Positions 36,951-48,809 of a stretch of 64,000 bases of DNA are shown piece after piece (the first letter of the stretch is position 1; every line of letters starts with the position of its first letter). The translations under genes and the position numbers were made by a program. The stretch lies in the NCBI GenBank assembly GCA_964016885.1, contig OZ024742.1, positions 181,164,001 through 181,228,000 on the forward strand, in the 5' to 3' direction. The DNA comes from Eledone cirrhosa. Taxonomy: Eukaryota. The notes under the pieces are model-generated. The model saw only the letters and a list, made by a program, of their open reading frames with translations, ran no database searches and had not been told where the DNA came from.

Positions 36951-39840
36951 TTAAATATGGTTTTATGAATATAGTTTCCATTTATTAAATATCATTGAAT
37001 ATTATACCCCAGAAAACTTGTCGAGTGCTCTGAATCAGTTATAAACATTTGTTAAATTACCAACAAATTGAATATCCCTTTTGCTTATATATCATCATCA
37101 TCATCATCATCATCTTCGTTTAACGTCCATTTTCCACGCTATCATGGGTTAGACGGGAGTTATCCCACTTGAGGCAAGGTTGGTTGGGTGACCATGTCTC
37201 GATCATATAGGACTATCTGGCAGGTTTTCTACAGCTGGATGCCCTAACACCAACCACATTTACAGTGTGGAACTGGGAACTTTTTACCGTGTTACCTACA
37301 TTACAGCGTGGACTATGTGTTTTTTTCTTGTGACACCTACACGATCTCGATCTCGATCTCATTTATCTCATTTATTTGGACTGGATGTTGTGGTACCAAC
37401 TTTATAGAGAGAGGGTGGTGTTGGTGGGGGTGGGAAGATAGGGTAGGGGCAGTGGATTGGGGTGTATATTTGGTTAAGAGGTGCCTACTGACTGTAGGTT
37501 TCGCTTTGTACATAGGCAAGGCGGGTCTTCTGTATTACTGCGTAGCGCCAAAGATCTCCATCCAGTGACATTGTCTTAGAGAGATGTAAGTGTGTGAGGT
37601 CGGAATTTATCAGATCATCCCAGGTTTTTCTGGGTCTACCTACTCCGTAACTACCATCAATTTTGATCGCCCTGCACTTTTTTATACAGCTGTTGTCTTT
37701 CATGCGCATCACGTTGCCATACCAATGTAGTCTTCTCTCGAGTAAACAGCATCTGATCCCTCTTATTCTTAATTTCTCACTTAGTTCATTTATGCTTTGC
37801 CGTTCACGTATTATTACACATCCAGCAGAGCATGCATGCTTCGTTCCTTTCCAGTCTGCACAGGTCCTCTGCACGTAATGCCCATGTCTCACTGCCATGT
37901 AGCATTGCTGTTCGTATACAAGCATCATACAATCTGCCTTTCATTTTTAGAGAGAAACCTTTTGTGGCCAACAGCGGTATAATCTCTCTGAACTTTTTCC
38001 ATTCCCGTTCTGACTCTGGCTACTGTACTTTCAGAACACCCTCCATCCCTGCTGATTTTGTCACCCAGGTAACGAAAAGTGTCTACTATTTCTATAGAAC
38101 CATGTGGGCAATAGAAGGGGCTAGTATCCTGTGGACACATGCTACCTATTGCACCTGAGCATCGGCCACATATAAAGTCTACGTTCTTAGATAGTTTACC
38201 TGTGATCCCACTACATCTTTTATGTACCCATAGTTTGCATTTGGGACATAAAATTGAATTTCTGCCTACTCCTTTCCGACACATTGAGCAAGGCCATTTC
38301 ACTGAGGGTACCTGTGCCTTATTTTCCTTTCTACAAACTAGGACTTTAGTCTTAGACAAGTTAAGGCCTTTTGATTCTAGGCCATGCTTCCATGTTTGGA
38401 ATTTCTTTTCTAGTTCAGCCATTGATTCAGCTATGAGCGTTAGATCATCAGCGTATAGGAGTTCCCATGGGCAGCCGGTCTTGAACTCCTGTCTTGATAG
38501 CCTGAAGGGCAATAATAAATAGGAGGGGGCTAAGGACAGAGCCTTGGTGAACACCAACTTTTACACTAAATTCTTCACAATATTCATTGTTAATTCTAAC
38601 CTTACTGACCGTTTCATTATACATAGCTTGTATAGTTCTCACAAGCCATTCATCTACACCTAGTTTTCTAAGAGCCCACCAGATAATGGAGCGGTGGAAT
38701 CTGTCAAAGGCTTTTTCGAGGTCTACAAAAGCTAAGTATAGGGGTTTACTTTTAGCTAGGTACTTCTCTTGTAGTTGTCGTACAAGGAAAAGATCATCTG
38801 TGGTACTTTTACCTGACACAAACCCAAACTGCATTTCATCTAGATCAATTCTCTCTCAGATTAGTTGCACTATAACTCTTTCTGTGACCTTCATGACCTG
38901 GTCAACTAACTTAATGCCTCTATAGTTTCCTCTATCTAGAGCATCTGCTTTACACTTGTTGCAGTTAATGATGATGCTGAAACGCCAGTCTTTTGGTATG
39001 ACCCCATTCTGTATTACTTGGTTAACTATATGGGTGACCATAGTATGTCCCACCATTCCAGATGCCTTCAACATCTCAGCAACTATCTCCGAAGGCCCAG
39101 CTGCCTTGCCTGTCTTCATATCTTTGATTGCCTTACTTATTATACTACCTTTAACTTGCACCGCTGGTCCTTCTATTGGATCGATTTGGGGCAGACTATC
39201 TTTTTCCCACTTATTCTCCTCATTTAATAGTCTCTCGTAGTGACACTTCCAGGCTATCTTCTTATCAGCATCAGTGAGGGCAAGTACACCGTTATCATTA
39301 TGGACACACTTCTCCCCGACAATATCACGGTTTTCCTTGACACATTGTCTAGCAATCCTGAACACCTCGCGTTTTTGGTCCTCATGTTGTAGAGCAAAGG
39401 TTCTCAACGGGGGGCATATGCACCCCCCGGGGGGCGTTTCGGAACTCCAGAGGGGGGGGGGGGCGTTTAGAGCTTTGAGGGTGCTAGGGGGCGCTGGAAG
39501 ACTCTTTACTTTGGTAAGTTTTATAAGCCATATTTGTATGTCTTTGAGACAGCCAGTGTAAATGCATTTGAATGAGCATGCAGACAGCATAACTATGGTC
39601 TGACCGCAGGTGTGCAGGGGATTGAGATCCTAAAAATGGAAAAACCCACAGTCAACTGGGTCAAGGACACTTTGAGCGCAGCCAGTTAGAATCTTGTCTT
39701 TCCTTCACCGATAACAATGTATTTCATGTCTGAAGTTATTGACTCAACCGTAATGAGTTAACACTATGTAGATCTATTTTATTCCCTATTGTATAAATTA
39801 TATTACAAATAAAAAAGAAAAGAAAAAACACAGAAGCGGG

Positions 39841-40192
39841 TAGCACACACATCTAGGACCACATACAACGCATAATCAGATAATACACACATCTAGGACT
39901 ACCTACAACACATAAGCAGGTAATACACACATCTATGACCATATACAACACATAAGCAGGTAATACACACATCTAGGACCACATGCAACACATAAGGAGG
40001 TAATACATACATCTAGGACTACATACAACACACAGGCAGGTAATACATACATCTAGGACCACATACAACACATAAGCAGGTAATACAAACATCTAGGACC
40101 ACATACAATACATAATTAGGTATTAAAAAAATCTAGGGCTACATACAACAGATAATCAGGTAATACATACATCTAGGACCACATACAACACA
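39841..40192. repeat. 40-bp minisatellite, about 9 copies, inside the hAT element
   Basis: Consensus TAATACACACATCTAGGACCACATACAACACATAAGCAGG at an exact 40-bp period. Confidence 0.95.
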
Positions 40193-40199
40193 CATTGTA

Positions 40200-41253
40200 T
40201 CATGTGCTACGGACGACACAAGAGCAATGGTCGGCCAACATAAGGGTTTCATCACTCTTCTGAAGAGAGAAAATCTATCTGTATTTGCTGTTCATTCTGT
40301 CATTCATCGACAACACTTGGCTGCGAAGAAACTCAGCGAACCGCTGAGCAAGTCCTTACAGGTGACCATTGATGTCATCAATTTTATCAAACAGCATTCC
40401 CTCAGTGAACGAATTTTCCGGCAACTGTGCCAAGATAATGACGAAGAATTTGTCAAGTTGCTCCTTCATACTGAAGTGAGGTGGATTTCAAAGGGCAAGT
40501 GCTTTACTCACTTCTTTGAACTATTCGATTCTATCATTGAGTTTCTGCAAGGACGCAACACAGAACTGTACAAGAAAACCCTCGATGTGAGGCAAGACTG
40601 CGCCTACCTCACCAACATCTTCGACAAATGCAATAGCGTCATTTTGGCTTTGCAGGGGAAGATCACCTTGCTTAAAGCAAGGAATGCTGTGAAAACATTC
40701 CTGGCCAAATTGAATGTCATCGAAAGGAATCTTTGTTGACGGGAATTTTATAATTTTCCTAGTCTTGCCAATGTTCAAAACATTGTAAGCGAGGACCAAC
40801 TCCAAATTTATACCACTCACCTCCGTGTGCTACAAGAGAACATGAGAGAACGGTTTGTCGACCTTTTGCCGATGGACATCCCAATGTGGATAGCAGATGC
40901 CTTCATAGCTACCATCAACGATTTGGACGTTAAATTTCAGGAAGAATTCATTGAACTTCAAGCAGATGACATGATCAAAATTAGATTTCCCAAAATAGGT
41001 GAACCCCTTTTTAGGATGCAAGAGGGAATTCAGCGTCGATTTCCACACATACATGCAGACGCTAAGAGATTTGCTCTGCCTTTTCCAAGCTCATACTTAT
41101 CGAGAGGGGGTTTGGCGCTGTTTCCAGACTGTACAGTAAGGCTCGCAACCGCTACAATGTAATTACACGTGGAGATCTCCGGCTACATATTATAAAAATC
41201 CAGTCTGGCATCAAAGAGTTAGCTAGACTTCATGAAGCTCAAGGGTCACATTG
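40200..41253 (+). pseudogene. hAT transposase C-terminal half (ZBED8/SCAND3/Buster family), disrupted
   Basis: CATDDTRAMVG..HSVIHRQHLAAK..LLLHTEVRWISKG..AYLTNIFDK..LQG and FALPFPSSYL motifs; internal stop and frameshift. Confidence 0.9.
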
Positions 41254-43399
41254 AAATAAGGTCAAAGTTAAAGTAAGTTGATTTATCCGCAAACTTGGAT
41301 ATGCTATTGTTACAAAGTAAACTAACAATTTTTTTGTTTGTACTTGCAGTCTGACTGGACTGGAAACCATCTACTTCAATTCACTTACTCATTTGTTGTA
41401 TATATTTTACCATTTACTAATAAATATACCCTCTTACGTGGTCATGAAAACCCTCTTCCGTGGTCTCTAAGCTCACAAAGCGGAGGGGACATCAAGTTAG
41501 ATATCAACATTTATCCTGTCCGTTTCATTAAAGGGAACATTGGAAAGCTTTGAAATGATATAATTGCCACTTTCTTCCAGATAGGAGCACACTTGGGATA
41601 GACAGAGTTGTTCTTGTATAAATGTTCAAAATAGTTGGTATCGCCTGGTGAGAATATAACAAATTCAACTGGTCCTTTTTCATAAAAAAGAACATTTATG
41701 TTCTTTTTTCTTGAAATTAATATATTTCCTGTCAAGGAATGTATTTATACTCTCAGCTGCCTGCAATGGTATCTTTGGAATATTGTTAATCAATTTTTTA
41801 GTAATCTACTAATATCAAAATCAGTAGTATATTGAAAAATGGAAAAATAGGGTAGGGGGCGTTTCGTGATTTCGAGGGACAAAAGGGGGCATTTGGCCTA
41901 AATGGGTTGAGAACCTGTGTTGTAGAACATGCTTGAACTTTCTATCCTCTGCTTCCCTTTTTTGCAAGGTACACTTGTCTCCTAGCGTTTCTCCTGGCCA
42001 CTTGATAGTGCTCTCTACTTCCCCCATCTTGCCATACTTTCCAAGCCTGCTTTTTGGCTTGATTGTCTCTTCTACCTTACTGTTCCACCACCAAGTTACT
42101 CTCCTCCTGCCAATAGGTCTGCTCCAGCCACAGATTTTATCCGTTGCTTTCAGCAGGTTCACTTTCAAGAATTGCCACTGTTCCTCTATATTGCACGTCT
42201 CTAATTGCTCTTCCTTATTGTCAAAGGCATCAAGTAATAACCTTTTAAATTTATCACTGGCTATGGGGTCCTTCAACTTCCATATTCTTCTCCTCAAGGT
42301 AGGCCTCCTCTGTCGTCGAGTACGTCTATTTCTGACTGTGAGGTCACTAACTACTGGCTATGTTGGGAGGTGCATTTTTCACGGGGGAGGGATTTAGTGT
42401 TTACAACAGACATTTTGTCCCGTCTTCTAGTAAGGATATAATCTATCTGGCTGGCCGTGTTCCTCTGATCTATAGGTGATCAAGTGGTTTTCACGTTTTT
42501 TGAAGTTTGTGTTACAGATAGTTAGGTTATTTGGCATCACATAATTCCAGGATTCTGAAGCCTTCCTCATTTCTATTTCCAACCACATAGCCTCCATGGA
42601 TTCCATCATAGCCATAACTATGTTGTCCAACGTGGCCGTTTAGATCGCCAGCAATAATTAGGTAGTCTCTGTCGGTTATTTGGGAGGTAGTGTGCATTAG
42701 CGTCTCATAGAACCTGTCCTTTATAGCGTCAAGTAGACCAGATTGGGGTGCATAAGCGGATATTATTGTTACAGTAGTTTTATTTAGAACTAGCCTTATT
42801 TTAATTATTCTGTCATTCACTCTATTTACGTCGATTACCTTATCTACCCATTTTTCTGCTAACATAATTCCTACTTCACCCAGTCCGTTGTCGTTTCCCA
42901 CCCAGAAAAGTTTATAGCATCGTTTTTTACCCACGATGAATCTGGTAGACCCCCCCCCCCCTATCTCCACCTAGTCTCTTGAATACAACAAACATCAACT
43001 TCTTTACATTCAAGCATCTCTACAACCTCATTTGAGCGAACTTTTAATGTGCCTACGTTCATGGTACCAACTCTGAAGTTGGGAGGGTGGGATGGATGGG
43101 TTAGAGGGGAAGGGAGGGGTGTGGGAGACGGAATTATGTTGGTCATTTGTGTCTGAAATAGAGAGGGGTCTTAGTATTATATATATATATACACACACAT
43201 ATTCACACGTATGCACGCACAGTTTCTGTTATCGAATTTCACTAATGAGGCATTGTGGCTATAGTAGAATATACTTCCTCAAGATGCCATGCATGCAATT
43301 GCACCCCAATCTCATGGTTGTGAAGCAAATTCCTTAACCACATACATACACACGTGATGTCTGATGAAAAAGTATCCGACCTTAGGCTGGAAAAAAAAT

Positions 43400-44420
43400 G
43401 ACATATTTGGTGGGTTTCAATTGCTAATCCCCTTCGAAGTAGGCCCTTGTGCCTCCACAATATTAAGCTTAGCAATCCTTTCACTGTTTGAAGAATGTCT
43501 GGAATGCTTCTTCAAGAAAGATTCTCAGTTTTGCAATCACTGTGTGCTTGATGCCCGTTCAGCTCCAAAAGCAGAAGCCTTACAGTGGCATCTTTATTTT
43601 GGGGAACAACTAGAAAATTAGGAGCTATATCCAAAGCATATGAAGGCTGGCAAATGAGTTAAATGACTTCTTTTTTCGCTAAGAAACCTTGGATTAGTTG
43701 TGACTAATGAGCCAGAATATTGTCATAAGGCAGCTACCACTTTTGTGAAACCTACAGATTGGGTCACTTGCACTGACCTGCATCACAAAAAAGTCAGTTT
43801 GTCCTTCTAGGGTGTATTTGTAATGCACAACTCCTTAGTAGTTGAAGCAAAAAGTTAGCATCACCTGTCATGCTTTTTTGGTCTTTGGTGTCACTGTATG
43901 CTTTCATTGTGGTGACTGAACTTTGATTTTGGGGTTCCCATACACTCACATCTCATCTTCAATTATTACAGTATTCAGGACCAAAGGATCCTTATTGACA
44001 AAGTACAGCAGGTCCTGCACAACTTCAAGAAGGAATTGTTCCCAACAGAACAGCTTCAGCACAAATTCTGCTGCCACTTTGCACATGCCTAAATCCTCCT
44101 TTAAAATTGCAAGAGCAGAATCTCTATGGATCCTAACCTTGTCATTATCAATGTTCAAAATGTATTGATAACAACTGCATTGCCAGATGTTGATGGCTTC
44201 CTGTACTGATGGTTGCTCTCCACTGTTTTGTTGTCATCTTTCAACCTGTTGTACTATTCTATTACTTGGGCAACACCCATGTCATTGTCATCAAAAGGCC
44301 TGTTCAATTTTGAAAATTATTTTTGCTTGGGTATATTTAAGCTTTTGGCAAAACTTGATGCTAGATCATTGTTTCCCATATGTCATCTCAAGTGAAATTA
44401 AAATGCATCATAATATTAGC
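43400..44420 (-). pseudogene. Old mariner transposase remnant
   Basis: Minus strand SSIKFCQKL..., ILKEDLGMCKVAAEFVLKL (WVPxxL-like), NTVIIEDE (first catalytic D) and YDNILAH (HDNAxxH-like). Confidence 0.75.
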
Positions 44421-45090
44421 ATGGGTTGAATATGTTATCACAGACTGAGACCAGATGATTTGGGAAATCACATCTTGCTCATATGTTCTATATTTTGGCA
44501 TGGATGATATGGCTGAATGCTCTTCCTAAAACCTGCCCCTTTTCAGAGTAGACTAGACACATTTTTTCATAGCACTAGGACTACTATTTTACAGACAGGA
44601 ATGATTGCATTATATAATGGCACCAAAACGTTCACTTAAGTTAGACTGGGCATAATTTTTTGTGGCACAAGCAATAGAGAGATTGTCACATGCTCATCAA
44701 AACTGAAGAATTCTCTCAAACTCTATATTGTTTTATTCAATCACAAACATATATATAGATTATCATCATCACCATCACCATAGATGCTTATGTTATGGGT
44801 CTGTGTGATAAACACTCTTAATATGTACTAACTTGAGGACTCATATACAGTATATAGAATCAATATGACACTTATTATTAAGGGTGATAGTTTACTTGAA
44901 AGTTTCACTGTTGATAGAATAGAACATAAACAAACAACACTGTTTGATAAGCCAATAACATCAGTGAAACAGTCACCATTAATAACAAATATTATATGTG
45001 CATCTCTCTCCCTCTCTCTCTTTATATATATATATATATATAAATGTTTATAGAGATTACAATAATCAAAGTTCAGTTTAAGTCATTTAT

Positions 45091-45139
45091 TTGCTTACAA
45101 TTGTTTCCTCCAAACCGAGGTTTGGATTCTTCGGAGCAA
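45091..45139 (-). ncRNA. Minimal hammerhead ribozyme variant, family D
   Basis: Minus strand: TTGCT CCGAAGA A TCCAAACC TC GGTTTGGA G GAAA CAATTG TA AGCAA; the core has U4C. It lies near the 3' end of a ~720-bp segment bounded by (TA)n (45043-45763). Confidence 0.7.
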
Positions 45140-46204
45140 CTATTTACTGATCTATAACATACTTGACCTCCTTTTCAACCCAAGAGACATATAAAACATA
45201 TGCGCATATTGATCAACAGTGGGGTGACATTCATCAAATGATATAGCATGGCAATTTACATATAGAGGTTACAGGATGAAAATAAAAATAAAAATAAAAA
45301 TAAAAATAAAAATAAAAACAAAAATGAAAATAAATATAAGCATGAAGCGTTGGCAGTCTATGAAGATAAAGCAAGAGGAAAGTTTAGAGTAGTCAGTGTA
45401 TGAAACAATCTCACGTGTAGCATGCACGTGTGTCTTATTTATACATGATTAGAGTGCGTCAGAATGATATTTGCAGAGTCAGGCAGTTGAAGCAGGCAAT
45501 CGATCTTATTATGTGGGCTGAATTATTAAGTCATTTATTCGCATACATCTGTATGATATACAGTCTCGGATGCAGGGAAACACCAAAATATCAAAAACTC
45601 TCAACATATTATAAACCTTATTGTATCGTAGGCAAAGCCGTACCACTGTCTTTGCTCACACCACCACTCACATAATCCATGAGACGCAATATATAGAACA
45701 CGTGTCTATCGTATAATTCACAATGGTTCAGCATATAAATGTTTATATATATTATACATATAGATTATATATCTATATATATATAAACATATATATAACC
45801 CATGCTAGCATGGAAAATGGACGTTAAACAATGATGATGATGGTTATATATATATATATAAAAGTTAGCAGTGAATTATTTAGTAGTTACATTACTTAAA
45901 ATATCACATACAAGTAAAATATATTTGTGATCTTTACGATGGCTTTCACGAAAGCCATCGTAAAGATCACACACATACACACACACATACACACATGTAT
46001 ATATATATGTGTGTGTGTTATGTGTATGTATGTGTGAGTGGCTTTAAGTAATGTACTAGTAGATCATTAACTGTTCACTTTCAAATATAAACTCTACATG
46101 GTCTTATTTGCTCTTTTCATTCATATGTACATAAAATACCTATATATCATCAACATCATTTAACATCTGTCTGTTCCGTGCTATCAACAGTTATCCATAT
46201 ATAT

Positions 46205-46252
<48 letters not shown>

Positions 46253-46719
46253 GCATACATACAGAGGTGTGTATGTATATACATACAAAGGCGTGTATAT
46301 ATATATATATAATATGTATATACATATAAAGGCATATGTGTGTGTGTGTGCAAAGTCAGAATGAGAGAATGAGAAACAATAATGAACATAGAATGTATGT
46401 GGATGAGAGAAAGGTTTGATATTATTGCACTTAGTGAAGAGGAAGAAAAGTTCACTAACTTAACAATGGTAATTCAGGTATTTTGACATTAATGCCAGGA
46501 TATTTCTAGACTACTGACCCCCCTGTTGAGTTCTTTCAATGTCTTCTTATTCTCATACACTGTTTCATTAACGTCTCTTCCATCATAATCTTCAACTTAC
46601 CTGTCTTCACTCACTGTCTCTCTCTCTCTCACACATACACACAGGTTTGTTTCTATAAACAGTATAAATGAAACTTAATACATAGTGTGTGTAGGTGTGA
46701 TCATCACCAACATTTTTCT

Positions 46720-47520
46720 CATATTTACCTTTCCATGCTGGTGTGGGTTGGACAGGATGTTTTGAGACAATGTTATACAGCTAGATGTGCTTCCTGGTTC
46801 AAACCCTTTTAGCCAAAGGGATGTGGTGTACTTATTCTAAAATCTAGGATACATACATCAGAAGATGCCAAGCCAAGTCTTGTCATTACCCCCTTTTGAT
46901 ATTTACCATCCTTGGTCAGAGTGGATCTTAGGTACTTGAAGGTGTCCACTTCAAGTATTCCTCCATTCAGAAAAATGTTGGTTTTTGTATTCTGGTTATG
47001 AGTCTTAGTCTTTTCTGAACTAATCTCCATTCCTTATGCTCCTGATACTTTTTCCGATCATGTGGTGAGTTTTACTTCACAGTTTCCTAACAAATCAATA
47101 TCATCAGCAAAGGCCAGGTTGGAAATGAACCATCCTCTAATGGAAACAGACTTTTGAAAGTCTTGGAGTATTTCTTGCATGATATTTTCCAAGACGTTGA
47201 AAAGCACTTTAGAGAGGAAACATCCTTGTCGAAATCCCACTGTTGTCCTGAAGAATTCTCCAATGTTATTTAGAACTGAATTGTTTGAATGTTCATACAG
47301 TGCTCAGATTACTTGGATGAGGTTGCTGTCAATTTGTAATCCTTCATCACCTGCTACAAACCCTCATGCTAAACATGGTCAATTGTTTTTTGAAGCTGAT
47401 GAAGTTATGATAGAGGTCAGTTTGGTGTGACAGATGTTTCTTGGTTAGCTGTATGATGTTTATTATCTGCTCCCCCATATTCCTTCTGGAATTGAATCCT
47501 GCTTACTTTTCTGCCAGGAT
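46720..47520 (-). mobile_element. RTE-like LINE RT fragment
   Basis: GFRQGCFLSKVLFN..ISNLAFADDIDLLG, MEISSEKTK, VDTFKYL. Confidence 0.85.
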
Positions 47521-48809
47521 TTCTCGCGATCAGCCTTCACTACTTCCTCCCATGCCTACTTATTTTCATGGGTCTACTGCATCTTTCATGGGTCCCATGC
47601 ACTGAGATTTCTTTACACTACTTTATACAGCTGTCATCTTCCATATACACAATATACTGCACCTCTTTTATACAGAGTTTTCTTCTCATTTCGCTTATGC
47701 TATGTTGTTCATGCACAGTAACATTACATATCCTCTAGAACATATTAACCACAGATTTCTCAACAAAAAGCCTATGTTTGCTTACCATGCAGTATTGCAG
47801 TTCATATGCATGCATCATACAGTCTACCCACCAGCCTGAGGGAATACCCTTAAATGTTAGCAGTGGTCTAGCTCCCTGAACTTCTTCCAACACATTTTTA
47901 TTCGTGCTGTTACTCTTTCAGAGCAACATCTCCCATTACTGATTAAGTCACCTAGGTAACAAAAGTTGTCCACATAAATAAAACATAAAATAAATAATGG
48001 TAGCCCACCTATGGATGATTAAGAATTAACCCCAATCTGGGCACCTTTCACTCCCATATATTCCATCCTGTGAGAAATACCATCCTCCAGGCAATTTTGT
48101 AAGTATTTTGAGTGTATGTACCATTATGTAAGTATCAATGTATGAAACTTATATTTTTTATTTGCAAATGATATGAGCTTGCCTCGACATATTTGATGTT
48201 GTGTGTGTTTAATTTAATACTGCATTATTCTCTACAACGTGGTGACCTTAAGCAAATATGTGATTTGAACCATTAAAAGTAGTTATAATTGAAACAGCCT
48301 AGCACTACAACTTCAATAAAATTTGAATATAATGTCTTTTCTATTTATTGAATCTCAGATTCTCTACATTCCTATTCTAGGAGGGCACAGTATAATTAAA
48401 AGGCAAAACTTTGTTTGTGACAGGAGAACAATACAAACTCACAACAGAATATTTTATTTGCGCTTTATTTACTATAATACTAAAGTAAAATACTTGCCAT
48501 TATTGTTGTCGAAATAGACAGAGTAAGAGTTAGAGAGGAAGAGAAAGGGTAAAAGGTGGTACAGGACAAGCTACAGAAGGAGTTGAGAATTAGAGTGAAA
48601 GTAAGAGCTATCGACTGAGTTGAAAGATACAACAGTTACATAGAGAGGAAAAGAGATACAGTAAGAGCTTTTAGATGACTGGTATTGGTGTATATATTAC
48701 TTATAATAATATTAAAAAGAATAAGAATAAGAATGGCTGGTGCGTGTTTGTACAAAGTTTTATATCACAGGAGTCAATAATAACACAATAGAAATATTTT
48801 ACCACGTGT

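Larger units (their letters stand above)
39395..41919 (+). mobile_element. hAT (Buster/Charlie-like) DNA transposon, internally deleted
   Basis: TIRs CAAAGGTTCTCAAC / GTTGAGAACCTGTG; 8-bp TSD TTGTAGAG (39387-39394) / TTGTAGAA (41920-41927). Removing it rejoins the RTE frame KHVLQH|EDQKREVFR. Confidence 0.93.
37093..43180 (-). mobile_element. Near full-length, degenerate RTE-clade LINE interrupted by a hAT insertion
   Basis: APE domain (FRVGTMNVGTL, CIQETRWR, ISAYAPQ, AGDLNGHVG) at 43146-42430; RT (NYRGIKL, QFGFVSGKSTTD, AFVDLEKAFDR, GVHQGSVLSP, LLYADD, FRYLGD) at 39380-37930; post-RT RRLHWYGNV..GRPRKTW; (GAT)n tail. Confidence 0.95.

Noticed and set aside
39841-40192. 40-bp periodic array as CRISPR
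   Set aside because: The entire unit repeats with scattered substitutions; there is no repeat-spacer alternation.
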